Shown: positions 32,101 through 43,500 of the stretch, one piece after another | How the letters are laid out: each line of letters begins with the position of its first letter | Numbering within the stretch: the stretch's first letter is position 1 | Assembly (NCBI GenBank): GCA_963769935.1 | Contig: CAVYNY010000010.1 | Location: forward strand, 544,001 to 608,000 | DNA from: an uncultured delta proteobacterium | GTDB lineage: Bacteria > Desulfobacterota > Desulfobacteria > Desulfobacterales > JAFDCJ01 | DNA: 64,000 bases | Direction of reading: 5' to 3' | Notes under the pieces: model-generated | What the model was told of the DNA's origin: nothing | The model's database searches: none | What the model saw: only the letters and a program-made list of their open reading frames with translations | Made by a program: the position numbers and the translations under genes

Positions 32101-34485
32101 CTCTTTTTCCCGCATGCGCTCCCCCATCAGCTTACCTGCGGTAATGTCACGCAGTGATTCGATGGCACCCGCAACTTCACCGGCCGTATTATAAAGCAGG
32201 CTGGCGGTCCCGCTGACATACATGCCGTTCTCGCCCAGCGCCGGGTGAAAGGATTCACTGATCAGGATTTCGCCGTCCTTTCTAACCGACAGGTATTTCT
32301 TTTCATAGGTTGCATCCCAATCTTTTACCAGGTCGATTAAGACGGGGCGTCTTTCGCCGTAAAACGGCAAAGCATATTCATAATTACCCTTGCCGATCAT
32401 ATCCTCGGCGGGGATATTCAGAAGGTTTTCCATGGCCTTGTTCCAGGCGATCACGATGCCGTCGCAATCGATCACCCAGGTGGGGTCCGGTAAAAAATCG
32501 ATAATCTGGGCCAGACGCCGCTGGGATTCCTTGGATGCTTTTTCAGTCCGCTGGCGCTCTTTCACTTCCCTGGCCAAAGTCCTGTTCCAGCGAAGAATGA
32601 TAAGCAGAATAATTGCCGAGATCCCCACAGCGGCTGCCGCCACCCGGATGACCAAGCCCCAATCCACCTGTTGCTCAAAGCGGACATTGATCCAGCGGTT
32701 TTGAATGTCTGTTTTTTCCGAATCCGGGACGGTGCCCAAGCTGATATTCAGGATGTTGACCAGGTCGGGCCAGTCTTTGCGCACCGCAAAGCGAAGATCA
32801 TAGGTATCGGGGGTGGTCGTGACAATCTTGAGGTTGCTCAAACCCAATTTCTGCGTGGTATAGGTAATGGAGGCGAGATCGCCCACGAAGGCGTCTATGT
32901 GTTTCCTTGACAGGGCTCGCAGCGCATCCTCGATGTTGTCTGCCAGGTAAAACCTGCGGTTCGGATATTTCTCTAGGAGATATTCCTGATTCGCACGATC
33001 TCGGACGAGGCCCACGCGACCGTCCTTAAAATCCTTGACAGTATTGCCGAATGGGACATTGTCCCGGGTGAGAATAACTTTGGGAGAACTCAGGTAGGGA
33101 TTTGTGAACAGAAAAACCTGCGACAGCTCCGGGGTCTTCGCCACACAGGGCAAAACGTCAATTTTTCCTGCTCGGGCAGCGTTCATGACTTGAGTCCGGC
33201 TAAGCCCTTCAACCGGTTGCATGTTTATCTTCAACTGCCGGTTTAAGCGGCGGACATAATCTGCGGCGATTCCCGCAAAGATATGGGCGGCATCGAAATA
33301 TTCAAACGGCGGCCGGTCCGGGTCCACACCGAGGCGGATATTTTTGTGCGCTGCCAGCCATGCCTTTTCGTCCACCGTCAGTTCGATGCTTCTTTGCCGG
33401 GGGGCGAGACGGGCCGCAATTTCATTCAGATCAAACTGGTACAGCTTGAGGGTTGGATTTTGGGCTTTGGAGAATTGACGAAAATCCAGCGATCGCACGG
33501 CCTGGGAGGTAAACGGAGCCAGGCTTTGGGCGTTGGCCCGCGTCAGGGCGACCATGGCCGATCCGAACTGCAGCTGTTCATTGGCGAAATCGACGCCGTT
33601 GAGGTAGTCGAACAACAAGACGACGGCCCAGGCTCCATCCAAAAAGTGTCCTCCCACACTCACCTGCATATGGTCCTGCTGAATGGCTTCGAGGGCGTCT
33701 TTATCCCAATCGACCCCGCCGATGAGGATTTTCCGCTTTAGATGCAGCTCTTGAACAGCCTTCACCACACCCATCGCCATATTGTCGTTGGCGCACCACA
33801 CAATGTTCACATTCGAATGCGAGCTGTAATAATCTTTAAATTGGTCATAGGCGGTTTGGCGGTTCCATTTGCCCGCGACAATTTTGAAGGCATCCAGCCC
33901 CTTTAAGTGTTTCAGATATTGGCTAAGGCCTCTCACCCGGTCGATGGAAGACTCATCTTTGGGATTGCCCTCGATGGCAAGCACATCAAAACGCTCGATG
34001 CCTTTTGATCTGGCCTCATTGATCAGTTGCTGAATGAGAAGGGTCCCGGCCTTGACATCATCCGGCAGCACACTGCTGATCCAGTATTCATATTTGGTGC
34101 GCGGCAGAAGATCCTTTTCCGGCAGTTGGGAATTAATGAGTATGGCGGGCGTTTTATGATCTTCGGCAATCTGCAGGATCCGTTCGCCGGTGTTTTGGTA
34201 CGCCAGAAAAATAATGCCGTCAATTCCTCCCCGGACGGCTTCTCTAACCTGCGCCACCATTTTCTCCGGATCGTCGTCGGCGTTAAAGGCCTGAAGTGTC
34301 ACTCCCAGATCCGCGGCGGCTTCTTTAGTGAAAAAGACGGCTTTCGTCCAGAAAGGATCGTCGCGAGGGTAAAAAATGGCAACCTTGAAGTTTTTGGCGT
34401 ATAGCGGCGGCGGCGCTGCGAGGCCTAAAAGAAGCAAGCATGTAATAAGAATTGAAAAAATGCATGGGGGAGTGAAACGTGCCAT
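29173..34485 (-). CDS. Hybrid sensor kinase: type I PBP + type II PBP + TM + 2 PAS + HisKA + HATPase + 2 REC + Hpt
   Basis: [58 protein letters not shown]. Confidence 0.92.
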   Translation of the reverse strand: MARFTPPCIFSILITCLLLLGLAAPPPLYAKNFKVAIFYPRDDPFWTKAVFFTKEAAADLGVTLQAFNADDDPEKMVAQVREAVRGGIDGIIFLAYQNTGERILQIAEDHKTPAILINSQLPEKDLLPRTKYEYWISSVLPDDVKAGTLLIQQLINEARSKGIERFDVLAIEGNPKDESSIDRVRGLSQYLKHLKGLDAFKIVAGKWNRQTAYDQFKDYYSSHSNVNIVWCANDNMAMGVVKAVQELHLKRKILIGGVDWDKDALEAIQQDHMQVSVGGHFLDGAWAVVLLFDYLNGVDFANEQLQFGSAMVALTRANAQSLAPFTSQAVRSLDFRQFSKAQNPTLKLYQFDLNEIAARLAPRQRSIELTVDEKAWLAAHKNIRLGVDPDRPPFEYFDAAHIFAGIAADYVRRLNRQLKINMQPVEGLSRTQVMNAARAGKIDVLPCVAKTPELSQVFLFTNPYLSSPKVILTRDNVPFGNTVKDFKDGRVGLVRDRANQEYLLEKYPNRRFYLADNIEDALRALSRKHIDAFVGDLASITYTTQKLGLSNLKIVTTTPDTYDLRFAVRKDWPDLVNILNISLGTVPDSEKTDIQNRWINVRFEQQVDWGLVIRVAAAAVGISAIILLIILRWNRTLAREVKERQRTEKASKESQRRLAQIIDFLPDPTWVIDCDGIVIAWNKAMENLLNIPAEDMIGKGNYEYALPFYGERRPVLIDLVKDWDATYEKKYLSVRKDGEILISESFHPALGENGMYVSGTASLLYNTAGEVAGAIESLRDITAGKLMGERMREKEARFRSYFEHSQTGMAITSPVKGWVEANDQLQRMFGYTLDELRQMTWAELTHPDDLTADVKQFERMLTGQIDNYTLDKRFIRKDGAIVYTNITVACTRDEKGDVLDVLASFLDITERKQMENDLHERIKELDEAQSAMLNIMEKLDEEKVKAEAATRAKSDFLANMSHEIRTPMNAVIGMAHLALKTELTPKQQDYLNKIQSSANSLLGIINDILDFSKIEAGKLEMEVVEFDLSETVDNVANVITIKAQEKKNLEVLFYLDSRVPNFLVGDPLRLNQILVNLGNNAVKFTEQGEIVLTTRIKMRSEDKVTLQFSVRDTGIGMTAEQQAKLFQAFSQADTSTTRKYGGTGLGLTISKRLVNLMGGEIWVESASGKGTTFNFTAVFGLGKDAVKKRFVPSPDIRGLKVLVVDDNATSRQILQEILESFSFEVFLAASGQAALAEIERVDRDKPFELVIMDWKMPGMDGIEAAGRIKTHKQLSKIPAIVLVTAYGREDIMRQADQIGLDGFLIKPVSSSMLFDAVMQALGKELHDISPAGRPNEPSAGQLKAIYGARVLLVEDNEINQQVAKEILEGAGLTVTIANNGQEAVDLVKSAEFEAVLMDVQMPVMDGYTATRQIRMWEAENLKPSAKSIAHSVNAEDRGPAVALRAMARQAEDIGQKTEDIGQRVGDSGNKTEYRDETFSLSPLAFGLPIIAMTAHAMSGDEQKSLAAGMNDHVTKPIDPDQLFAALQKWIKPVSGRIVVQKSLTASVGPPASDASAGAVQAEPDEDHLPESLPGFDLAAGLARLMGNKHLYRKLLLDFGANYGSAAAEIREALAANDFNHTHSLIHNLKGLAGNLAAVDLQAAAVAMEKLVKGQTAKSASEKELNRKLTELESALEQALDAVKIIAPTAEKKTNERIGGGTLVVPHNLAQKAADRIKAAAEMGDVMQAAAIAEELKSEDNVLIPFCDKIIQLSEDFDVDGILKLANELKS

Positions 34486-35033
34486 TGCCGCCTCTTGCTA
34501 AGTGCATGTATTCGTAAATACGCTAACGTATAAGAATAAAGCCGAACTATTGACAAAATACTGTTTTCCTGTGAATACGTTACTGTAATTACGAAATAGA
34601 GTACTACTTCTTTAGGTATAAGGTTTGTCCTCCGGTCCTTGGGCAACTGTTATCAAATGGGATCGGAGGAACCTTTTCGGGGACGCCGCTCGAAGCGGTT
34701 GGTTTAGATTAAACTAAACACGAAACGCCAAAAACCAAATATCAAGCACCAGAAATTCTTGCCAAAAGATTCGTTTTTAACTTTTTACATCGCCATCATT
34801 TTAGCTAATCAATCTGCCCTGACTGCCCTGAAAAATAACGAAAATTCAGACAATGGCTCATTATTTTCATTTGGGTAGTCTGTCAATTTTATAAAGATCG
34901 ATAGAGCGAAGCGATTCAATAATTTTAGGCACTTTAGGCACTTTAGATCATTTTAGGCACTTTTTTACAATACAATATCAGTATGTTATAAAAGCTGCCG
35001 GAAGTTAAAATAAATAGGACACAGCAGAATTGA

Positions 35034-38003
35034 TTATCTTCTCAATTCATCCGCCAATTCCAGGATACCACTCAGGTCAAAATCCTCAGACAGTTGAATT
35101 ATTTTGTCACAAAAAGGTGTGAGACCATTATTTTCAGACTTCAACGTTTTGGCAATCGATGCTATTTGCACCACATCTCCCATTTCAGCCGCCGCTTTGA
35201 TGCGATCGGCCAGGTCTCGAGCTATTTCGGGGGCTATACAGGCCATTTCGGATTCGGTGCACGCGACGGTTTTCTTTTCAGACATGGGAACCAGGGTTTG
35301 AACCGCGTCCAGCGCCTGCCCGAGAGCTTCTTGCAGGTCTGTTAATTTCCGGTTCAATTCTGTATCGGAGGCCGCCTCCCCTGCCCACCCTTTAACGAGT
35401 TTTTCCATTGCCACCGCTGCTGCCTGGAGGTCGACGGCGGCCAGATTTCCGGCCAGCCCCTTCAAGTTGTGAACCAGGCCGTGGGCACGATTAAAATCTT
35501 TGGCCGCCAATGCCTCACGGATGTCAGCGGCGGCGCCGCAGCAGCTGGCGCCGAAATCAAGCAACAGCTTGCGGTAAAGGCGCTTGTTGTCCATCAGACG
35601 CGCCAGACCCGCCGCCAGATCAAAGCCCGGCAAAGATTCAGGCAGTTCATCTTCATCCGTCTTCGCCTGAACAGCCTGCGCTGGTGCATCAGGTACCGGT
35701 GACCCTCCTGAGGCGGGCAAACTTTTTGGGTCGACGATCCGCTCTGCAGCCGGTTTGATCCACTTCTGCAGGGCGGCAAACAGCTGGTCCGGATCAATGG
35801 GTTTGGTCACATGATCGTTCATCCCGGCCGCCAAACTCCTCTCCCGATCGCCGGCCATGGCATGGGCCGTCATCGCGATGATAGGAATGGGATGCTGGAT
35901 GCTGGATACTGGATACTGGATACTGGTTGGCGGCAGTTCAGAGGACTGAGGACCCGTCTTCGTCGGGGTAAGTGAGGGAATACGCCGCGGCGAGCTGAGG
36001 ACCGAGGGTTGGCCCTCGATTTCGGATTTTAAATCAGAATCCTCTCCGACAGTCTTCCTTGTTTTCAATACATCAGTATCCGCGTTAGCGGAGACTGATT
36101 CCCACTTCCGGATCTCCCGTGTGGCTTCAAAACCGTTCATCTCAGGCATCTGTATATCCATGAGCACCACATCGTAGATCCGCTCCTTGACCATCGCCGC
36201 TGCTTCTTTGCCGTTGTTGGCAATGCTCACCACCAATCCTGCGTTCTCCAGAATCTCCTGCGCCACCTGCTGATTGATCGCATTGTCCTCCGCCAGCAGC
36301 ACTTTTGCCCCGCGAATCTTATCAAGCTCCTGCGCCGCATCGGTCCCCGCCCGGGCTTCGCGCTCAAGCTCAGGAACTTCCTTGCCGAAAGCGGCCATGA
36401 TCGCGTCAAAAAGCATGGACTGGCTCACGGGTTTGAGGAGAAAACCATCCAAGCCTATTTTCTCGGATATCCGCATGAGCTCTTCACGGCCATAGGCCGT
36501 CACGATGATAATCTTGGGCTTGCGGGGGATGTCGGAATGCCTGTTGATAATTTCGGAAGCCTCAATGCCATCCATCCCCGGCATTTTCCAGTCCATCACC
36601 ACCAGCTGATACGGCCGGAGCTTCGCTTCCCTCGCCAGTTCTGCGATGCCCTCCTCCGCCGAGGCTGCCACTGAAACCTCAAAACTCATGCTCGCAAGCA
36701 GCGTCTGTAGAATCTCACGGGAGGATGCATTGTCGTCCACGACTAAAACCCGCATCCCCTTCAGATCCAGCGACGGCTCCAGGTATCTCTCCGTCACTCT
36801 CCCCGTTAAACCGAATTTTGCGGTGAATATGAAATTGCTGCTCTTGCCGGGTTCGCTCTCAACCCAGATTTCCCCTTTCATCATGTTCACCAGGTGCTTG
36901 GAGATGGTCAGCCCGAGCCCCGTTCCCCCGAACTTGCGCGTCGTGGACGAATCCGCCTGGGTAAAGGCCTCAAACAGCTTCTGCCTCTGCTCGGGGGTCA
37001 CTCCGATCCCCGTGTCGCGAACGGAAAATCGAAGCATCACCCATTGTTCCTCTTTTTCCACCATTTCGGTGGCAAGCACGATCTCTCCGGCCTCTGTAAA
37101 CTTCACCGCATTGTTGCACAGGTTGGTCAGCACCTGGCCCAGCCGCAATGGATCCCCCACCAGCGCCATGGGCACCTCCGGCGCCGTATCCATCAGGAAC
37201 TCCAGCTTTTTGTCCTGAGCCTTCACACCGGCAATCGTCGCTACGTTATCCAGGACTTCATCCAAGCCGAAATCCACAGACTCCATGTGCAGCTTCCCCG
37301 CTTCAATCTTGGAAAAATCCAAAATGTCGTTGATGATTCCCAGCAGGGAATTGGCGGAACGCTGGATCTTGTTCAAATAATCCTCTTGCTTGGGGGTCAA
37401 GGCCGTCCGAAGCGCCAAATGAGCCATTCCGATCACGGCATTCATGGGGGTCCGGATCTCATGACTCATGTTGGCCAGAAAATCGCTCTTGGCTTTTGTG
37501 GCGGCCTCGGCCGCCTGCTTGGCGAGGTGCAGTTCCTCAGCTCTGGTTTTTAATTCTTCGTTTTTGGCCTTCAGGTCGTTCAAAAGTTCCAGCCTGGAGG
37601 GACGTGCCAGACTTTGTCTTTGCATTTCGACAAACTCATCCGACAGGTGACCGGCGCTATCCGGCAGATAGCTGAATGTCCTGATTCTGACCGTCTTCTG
37701 CTCAGTGCGGTCGATTTCAAATGTGTCAAAAAAAAATTTTAAATTCGGCATTGAGATCAATTGCTCAGGGCACTGAAAGGTCATCCATAGTCCGCTCCGG
37801 CCCTCACGCCGGTCAATGCCGACAGAAATTTTTGTGCCCTTGCCGCCCTTTCTTCCCAAGCCGGTGATTTCAGAAACAATCGTTTCCAGCCGGGTGGCAT
37901 GAATCGGTTCGCAGCCTAAATCTTCGGCCAGCAAGCGAATCTTTTTCCGCGCCGCAACTCTGGTATTTTCGTTCTTTACCGATAAATTACCGAGTTTGAT
38001 CAT
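35034..38003 (-). CDS. Cytoplasmic hybrid kinase with degenerate RsbT-like N-terminal domain + HisKA + HATPase + 2 REC + Hpt
   Basis: N-terminal [25 protein letters not shown]; same kinase motifs as the paralog; no TM. Confidence 0.88.
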   Translation of the reverse strand: MIKLGNLSVKNENTRVAARKKIRLLAEDLGCEPIHATRLETIVSEITGLGRKGGKGTKISVGIDRREGRSGLWMTFQCPEQLISMPNLKFFFDTFEIDRTEQKTVRIRTFSYLPDSAGHLSDEFVEMQRQSLARPSRLELLNDLKAKNEELKTRAEELHLAKQAAEAATKAKSDFLANMSHEIRTPMNAVIGMAHLALRTALTPKQEDYLNKIQRSANSLLGIINDILDFSKIEAGKLHMESVDFGLDEVLDNVATIAGVKAQDKKLEFLMDTAPEVPMALVGDPLRLGQVLTNLCNNAVKFTEAGEIVLATEMVEKEEQWVMLRFSVRDTGIGVTPEQRQKLFEAFTQADSSTTRKFGGTGLGLTISKHLVNMMKGEIWVESEPGKSSNFIFTAKFGLTGRVTERYLEPSLDLKGMRVLVVDDNASSREILQTLLASMSFEVSVAASAEEGIAELAREAKLRPYQLVVMDWKMPGMDGIEASEIINRHSDIPRKPKIIIVTAYGREELMRISEKIGLDGFLLKPVSQSMLFDAIMAAFGKEVPELEREARAGTDAAQELDKIRGAKVLLAEDNAINQQVAQEILENAGLVVSIANNGKEAAAMVKERIYDVVLMDIQMPEMNGFEATREIRKWESVSANADTDVLKTRKTVGEDSDLKSEIEGQPSVLSSPRRIPSLTPTKTGPQSSELPPTSIQYPVSSIQHPIPIIAMTAHAMAGDRERSLAAGMNDHVTKPIDPDQLFAALQKWIKPAAERIVDPKSLPASGGSPVPDAPAQAVQAKTDEDELPESLPGFDLAAGLARLMDNKRLYRKLLLDFGASCCGAAADIREALAAKDFNRAHGLVHNLKGLAGNLAAVDLQAAAVAMEKLVKGWAGEAASDTELNRKLTDLQEALGQALDAVQTLVPMSEKKTVACTESEMACIAPEIARDLADRIKAAAEMGDVVQIASIAKTLKSENNGLTPFCDKIIQLSEDFDLSGILELADELRR

Positions 38004-38598
38004 GCTTCCTACCTCCCAGATACTTCAGCACAATACAGGATGCGTCATCATTTTCCTTCCAAAATTGCTTGAGCAGCGCGCTGGCGATGGATTCCGCGGT
38101 ACCTTTCAGTATTTCCGGACACTCGGAGAGTTCGAAATGCTCCTTAATGCCGTCTGAATGCATAACGAGAACATCTCCAGCCAATAGTTTCAGGGCTTGC
38201 TTTTTGACGGTGGACATCATGTAGCCGACGATTCCATCTCTGGAAACGAATCGAACGGCCCTCGGACCGAGCACCCTTACCACGATGTTGCCCATACCGA
38301 CGTAAATCAGCTCGCCTGTCGCGGTGTCCAAACGGCAAATGGCCGCCACGGCGCCCCGCGTGCCCTTGAGACACGTATGCAGACCCTGCATAACTTCGAC
38401 CGGCTCTTTGCGGCAATTCTGTTCCAGATACGTTTGGGCTGTAAGCGCAACATCATGCGCTTCGCGCCCGTGGCCCAGCACATCAACCAGTGCCAGAAAA
38501 CACCGGCCGTCAAACTCTTTTATGACCCCCGTGTCGCCGCATTCAGCTTCTCTTCGGGTAAGCGCTCGCTTTACCAGATGGCAGTCCACTCTTGACAT
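37987..38598 (-). CDS. rsbX: RsbX-like PP2C/SpoIIE phosphatase
   Basis: [34 protein letters not shown]. Confidence 0.85.
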   Translation of the reverse strand: MSRVDCHLVKRALTRREAECGDTGVIKEFDGRCFLALVDVLGHGREAHDVALTAQTYLEQNCRKEPVEVMQGLHTCLKGTRGAVAAICRLDTATGELIYVGMGNIVVRVLGPRAVRFVSRDGIVGYMMSTVKKQALKLLAGDVLVMHSDGIKEHFELSECPEILKGTAESIASALLKQFWKENDDASCIVLKYLGGRKHDQTR

Positions 38599-39031
38599 AA
38601 TCGCCCCACTTCCGTGTTGAAACAACGGTGCCGCGCCCCGGCTGAGACTCGATCCTGAACTCGTCCATAATCCGTTTAACGCTCGGCAATCCCAGCCCCA
38701 GGCTGCCTTTAGTCGTGCTGAAATTATCCTGCAGCGCCTGTTCGATGTCTCTGATTCCCGGCCCGTCGTCACGGGCAATAATTTCGATGCCCAAGCGGTT
38801 GTTGCGTTGGACAATTCGCAAGGTAAGTTCGCCTTTTTGGGCATAGTTGACGATGTTGGTCGCGAGCTCTGAAGCCGCTGTGGCAATCAAAAACTGATTG
38901 ACTTCATCGAAACCGGCCGCAGCAGCCAGGTGTCTCGCCGCTGTAATCACCTGCTCCTTGTCGTTCTGATCGGACAGCAGGATTCGTCTTTCATTATATT
39001 TCGGCGGGGCGGCCCGTTCATTGTTCACCAT
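38543..39031 (-). CDS. rsbT: RsbT anti-sigma-type Ser/Thr kinase
   Basis: IATAASELATNI, DDGPGIRDI, SLGLGLPSVKRIMDEF, GTVVSTRKW. Confidence 0.9.
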   Translation of the reverse strand: MVNNERAAPPKYNERRILLSDQNDKEQVITAARHLAAAAGFDEVNQFLIATAASELATNIVNYAQKGELTLRIVQRNNRLGIEIIARDDGPGIRDIEQALQDNFSTTKGSLGLGLPSVKRIMDEFRIESQPGRGTVVSTRKWGDYVKSGLPSGKASAYPKRS

Positions 39032-39473
39032 CGCTGTCCCCTTCACCGTTTTCTATTACGATGCTATCCGGGTCCTCAGCGTCCTGAACCCCCTCCTGAA
39101 TCGATAAAACGTTTTGGATCTGCTCGAACCCGTCTTCCATGGTCAGGGCCGCACGGATACCATCGATTTCGACCTCCAGATCGATCAGCGACGATACGAC
39201 GCCGGGCTGCAGGCCGACGAATACGTTCGCCACCCCCAGCAGCGACGTCATCCGCGCGGTGTCGGCCAGGAATTTGAACGCATGCGAATCCAGGGCGCGC
39301 ACCGTACTAAGGTCCAGTATCATCCCCCGTACTTTCGCTGCTTGAATTTTCTGCAAAATGGCCGTTCGAATTTTCATCAGCGTGTCATCGTAAAGCTCAC
39401 CCTGCAAGGTAACCACAAGACAGCCGCGGATGGTGCTCATTGCGGTTTCGCTATCGATCAGCAGGCCTTTCAT
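39018..39473 (-). CDS. rsbS: RsbS STAS protein
   Basis: LVVTLQGEL, GMILDLS..LDS, VGLQPGV. Confidence 0.85.
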   Translation of the reverse strand: MKGLLIDSETAMSTIRGCLVVTLQGELYDDTLMKIRTAILQKIQAAKVRGMILDLSTVRALDSHAFKFLADTARMTSLLGVANVFVGLQPGVVSSLIDLEVEIDGIRAALTMEDGFEQIQNVLSIQEGVQDAEDPDSIVIENGEGDSDGEQ

Positions 39474-39475
39474 TA

Positions 39476-40300
39476 TCAGGATTTCCTCCCCAGGGGCTTG
39501 ATTTCGCGCACCTCAAAATTCATCATCTTGAACGAATCCTCCAAGGCGTCTCTTAAAGTAGAGTTGGTCTTGACCTCACCCATCTCGATTCCCAACTGGA
39601 CGATCGTACTCGCCACAGCCGGCGAAATCCCGGAAATAATACACTGGCAGCCCATCAGCCGCGTGGCCTTGGTGATCTTGATCAGGTGATTGGCCACGGC
39701 GGTGTCGACCGCTGCCACGCCCTGGATGTCAAGGATGATTACCTTGGCCGACGTCTCCTTTATTTTGGTCAGCATGGTGTTGGTCATCTGCTGAGCCCGC
39801 ATGGAGTCGATCACACCCACCACCGGAAGGACCAGCACCCGGTCCCAGAGTTCGATGGTCGGCGTCGATATCTCCCGGATCGTGCGGCTTTGTTCTTCCA
39901 ACCTTTGTTCATCGCGGACCTTCTCGCTGATGTCGAGCATAAATTCCAGACCTCCGATGACATTTCCTTCCGGGTCTTTGAGTGGGACGGCATAGTATTC
40001 AATGTACACGGTTTGATCGCCCATTGGAATCTCATTCCGACCGGACCGAACCTCATAATTCTCTATGGCCTGAAGCATTCGGCAGTCCATGGTCTGGCAA
40101 TGGGCTGAACCAAATAGATCGTAACAGTGCTGTGTTGCGACCTCCTCCCATGACTTGCCGAGGAATTTGCGACCGGCGGCATTCATGTAAATGATTTCCA
40201 AGTCTTTATTCACCGCCATTACCGGGGTAGGAATTTGTTCCAGAATCTGCTCCTGAATTCCAGAATATGCCTGATTTTCTGTTTTGATCTTTTCGTTCAT
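39476..40300 (-). CDS. rsbR: RsbR stressosome sensor (PAS + STAS)
   Basis: IREISTPTI..VLPVVGVIDSMRAQ..DIQGVAAVDTAVANHL..SGISP. Confidence 0.9.
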   Translation of the reverse strand: MNEKIKTENQAYSGIQEQILEQIPTPVMAVNKDLEIIYMNAAGRKFLGKSWEEVATQHCYDLFGSAHCQTMDCRMLQAIENYEVRSGRNEIPMGDQTVYIEYYAVPLKDPEGNVIGGLEFMLDISEKVRDEQRLEEQSRTIREISTPTIELWDRVLVLPVVGVIDSMRAQQMTNTMLTKIKETSAKVIILDIQGVAAVDTAVANHLIKITKATRLMGCQCIISGISPAVASTIVQLGIEMGEVKTNSTLRDALEDSFKMMNFEVREIKPLGRKS

Positions 40301-40369
40301 TTTTTTCTCCTTTTTTATAAGGACAATACAGTCTTAACTTTGATTTCGTTGAATATTTTTAATTTTTTT

Positions 40370-40452
40370 TATCACGAAAATACGAAATATAGAAAGCACG
40401 AAATTTATCTTATCTTTTTCGTGTTTTCGTCCTTTCGTGCTTTCGTGATTAT
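40370..40452. repeat. Inverted repeat of ACGAAA/TTTCGT units
   Basis: ATCACGAAAATACGAAA...GCACGAAA paired with TTTCGTG..TTTCGT..TTTCGTGCTTTCGTGAT. Confidence 0.7.
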
Positions 40453-40506
40453 TTTTTTGGTTTTCGCGGACCCGGGTTAGGGTTTTAAACCGATATTCAA
40501 CCGAGT

Positions 40507-43500
40507 CTATTGCCCGATGCTGTGGATGTTGCACGGATGGGCTTTATAAGCGCCGAGGTTGACAAAGGGCGCCAACAGTCCGAGCGGGCCGATCACCAGC
40601 GCACTGAGGGCCTTGGCGCCTTTCGATAATAGAGAAAACATATCCGGCCGCACCTTGGGGTCCGTGATCGGGCCGCTGACGCGCAGCTTGGTCCAAAAGT
40701 CCATGAGGCTCGGAAATCTGGGCTCCGGAACGAGCAAAAAATCAACCTGTTCCGTGCCCAGATTGATGTCGCCTTCGCCGGTCAGCACACCCGCCTCGGT
40801 GTCGAACACGAACGCTTGGCTGGCTGCTATTCCGCTGCTGATATCAAATTGAACGACGGCGCACTTGATTTCTCCGCCTTCGTGGTGGCTGCCCCAGAAA
40901 TGAATGACCTTTCTGGTAAGACCCAGCGAAATCAGGTCCAGGTAGTGGGTCAGGTAGCCTTTGCCCATGACGGCCCCCACGCTGCCGTCCAGACCGGCCA
41001 TCAGATCATGCAGGGAGCCGCCCCGGCTATTGACATCGACGGCGATATCGAGGTGGGAACGGACCTGCTGGCTGATCCGCAGTCCCCGCAGAAGTCCGCC
41101 GAGGTCAAAGTCCTGGACGAGGAATTTGGCGGCGACCCGGGCCGGCGATTCGGGATAGAGATGGAAGTTGCCGGAAATTCGGGTCTGCTGGTAAGTCGCC
41201 TGAAGCGTTTCGACGTTGAGATCACCGTTCTCGACGGTGAGCATCAGGCGGCCGAACTCAAAGTTTGCATCGCGGGCGCGGACGTTTTTAGCATTCAGGC
41301 TGATGTCTGCGTCCACTTGCTTGAGAATATTTAAAGGCAGCGGATCATCGCTGAATAATCGGCCTTCCAACCTGCCGGGCTCCCTACCGGGCTCTTTTTC
41401 GTCCTGCCTCAGATTTTTCAGCAGCGCCGTCATATCCAGCAGCGAAGATTCCAGTCTCAATGTGATCTTCGGGCGTTCGCGAAACTCAACTTTTGCCAGG
41501 CCGTTGAAGTCGCTTTTATCGACGACCGCCGTCAAATCGGCCAGGGAAAAAGACCGGGCCGACCCGCTGAGATGTCCGCTGAAATCAAAGGGGCCCAGTT
41601 CGGGGAGGTTGGCGCCGACCAGGGGACCGATCTCGGCCAATTCCTTTCCCCCGGCTTTCAGCCTCAGGTCCATGCCTTCGAGCGCCGGCAGGTCTTTGAT
41701 TGTCCCGGTTGCCTCCAGGCTTAAGCTGCCGCGCCGGGCCTCGCCCCGGACCTCCTGCAGGGACAACGCCCCGGCTGAGCCCGCCAGGCGACCCTGCAGT
41801 GAAAACGCATCGGTCGGGGGCAGCTTCTGTCCGACAATTGTCTCAGCCTGGGCCAAGTCCTTGCCGGCCCCTTTCAGTCGCAGATCCACATGCCGAAAGG
41901 CGCGCAGGTCCCCAATCTTGCCGGTTACCGTCAGGTTCAGGTCGCCGCGTAGGGCCTGGCCCATAATGTCATGCAAGGACAGCGCCCTGCCGGAGCCCGT
42001 CAGACGGCCCTCCAGAACAAATTCATCCGTCGACGGCAGCTTCTGTGCTATGATCGACTCCGCCTGTGCCAGGTCTTTACCCGTACCCCTCAGCCACAAA
42101 TCCACGTAGCGGAAGGCCGGCAGGTCCTCGATCGCACCCTCGACCGTCAGGTTCAGGCTGCCGCGCCGGGCCCGGCCCCGGATATCATGCAGGGCCAGCG
42201 CTCTGCCGGAGCCCGTCAGGCGACCCGCCAATTCAAATTCATCGGTCGAAAGCAGCTTCTGCCCGATGATCGACTCCGCCTGTGCCAAGTCATGGCCCGT
42301 GCCCTTAAGCCGCAGATCCACTTGCCGAAAGGCAGCCAGGTCCCCAATAGCACCTTCGGCCGTCAGGTTCAGGCTGCCGCGATGGGCCCGGCCCTGAAAA
42401 TTCTGCAGGGACAGGGCTTTGGCTGAGCCAGTCAGACGACCCTGCAGGGCAAACTCATCGGTCGGCGGCAGCTTTTGACCGACAATCTCTCCCACCTGCG
42501 CCAAGTCCTTGCCCGTACCCTTGAGCTGCAGGTCCACGCCCTGGAAAACAAGCAGGTCCCCGATTGCACCCTCGGCCGCCAGGTTCAGGCTGCTGCGCCG
42601 GGCCTGTCCCCGAACGTCCTGCAGGGACAAGGCCTTGGCCGAACCCGTCAGACGGCCCTCCAGGGAAAACTCATCGGTCGGCGGCAGCTTCTGACCGACC
42701 ATCGCTCCCACCTGCGCCAGGTCCTTGCCCGAACCCTTTAGCTGCAGGTCCATGTCCTGCAGCGCCATCAGATTGCCGACTCGACCGCTGACGGCCAACG
42801 CAGCCTCGCCGGCCGACACAGTGCCGCTGATGTTTTCCAGCATAGGAAACCGGCCGGAACCTGCCAAATGTCCGCTGAGATCGAAAGCGTCCGTCTGCGG
42901 CAGCTCTGCACCGATACCACGCCCTAACTCCTGGAGGCTCTTCCCAGCGACGCGAAACTTCAGATCAAGCCCTTGCAAAGCGCGGACCTCACCGATCGAT
43001 CCGGCGAGGTTGACGGTTGCGCTCAAAAACCGTCCTGCCAGCTCAAGCGGAAACTGTTCGCCTGATACGATCCGCTGCAGCCGGCCGATCCGGCCGGAAA
43101 GCGCAACGGGCTGCCCGTTGTAGTCGGCCTGGAGCTTGAGCGCCAGAAAATCAGGATCTGCCCGCCGGGCTATTTCAAGGCCGGCCAGATTGAACCGGGT
43201 CGTATGGGCCGCTTTCTCATCGCGATAGGTGAGCTTAAGGTTTTCGACCCGGATATCCTCCACCGCGATATGCAGGCGGGTGGGCGGGCCGGATGGCGAT
43301 GCAGAGCCGGCAGAGGCTGTAAATTGCCAGTTGCGTTGCCCGGCTGCATTCATCACCAGGACCACATCGACGCCGGATAGCGTAAGATACTTCAACTCGA
43401 CATCACCGAACAACAGCGGCAGGAGCCGGACCTTGGCCTCTATTCGCCGGGCGGTTATCATCTGCGGGTCGGAAGCCCAGGGGGCGTTGGCCAAAGCCAC

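Noticed and set aside
38599..38886. N-terminal extension of RsbX (299-aa ORF)
   Set aside because: It overlaps rsbT in another frame; phosphatase motifs start after the ATG at 38598.
41680..42770. Possible CRISPR array
   Set aside because: Contiguous in-frame 216-bp coding repeats without unique spacers.
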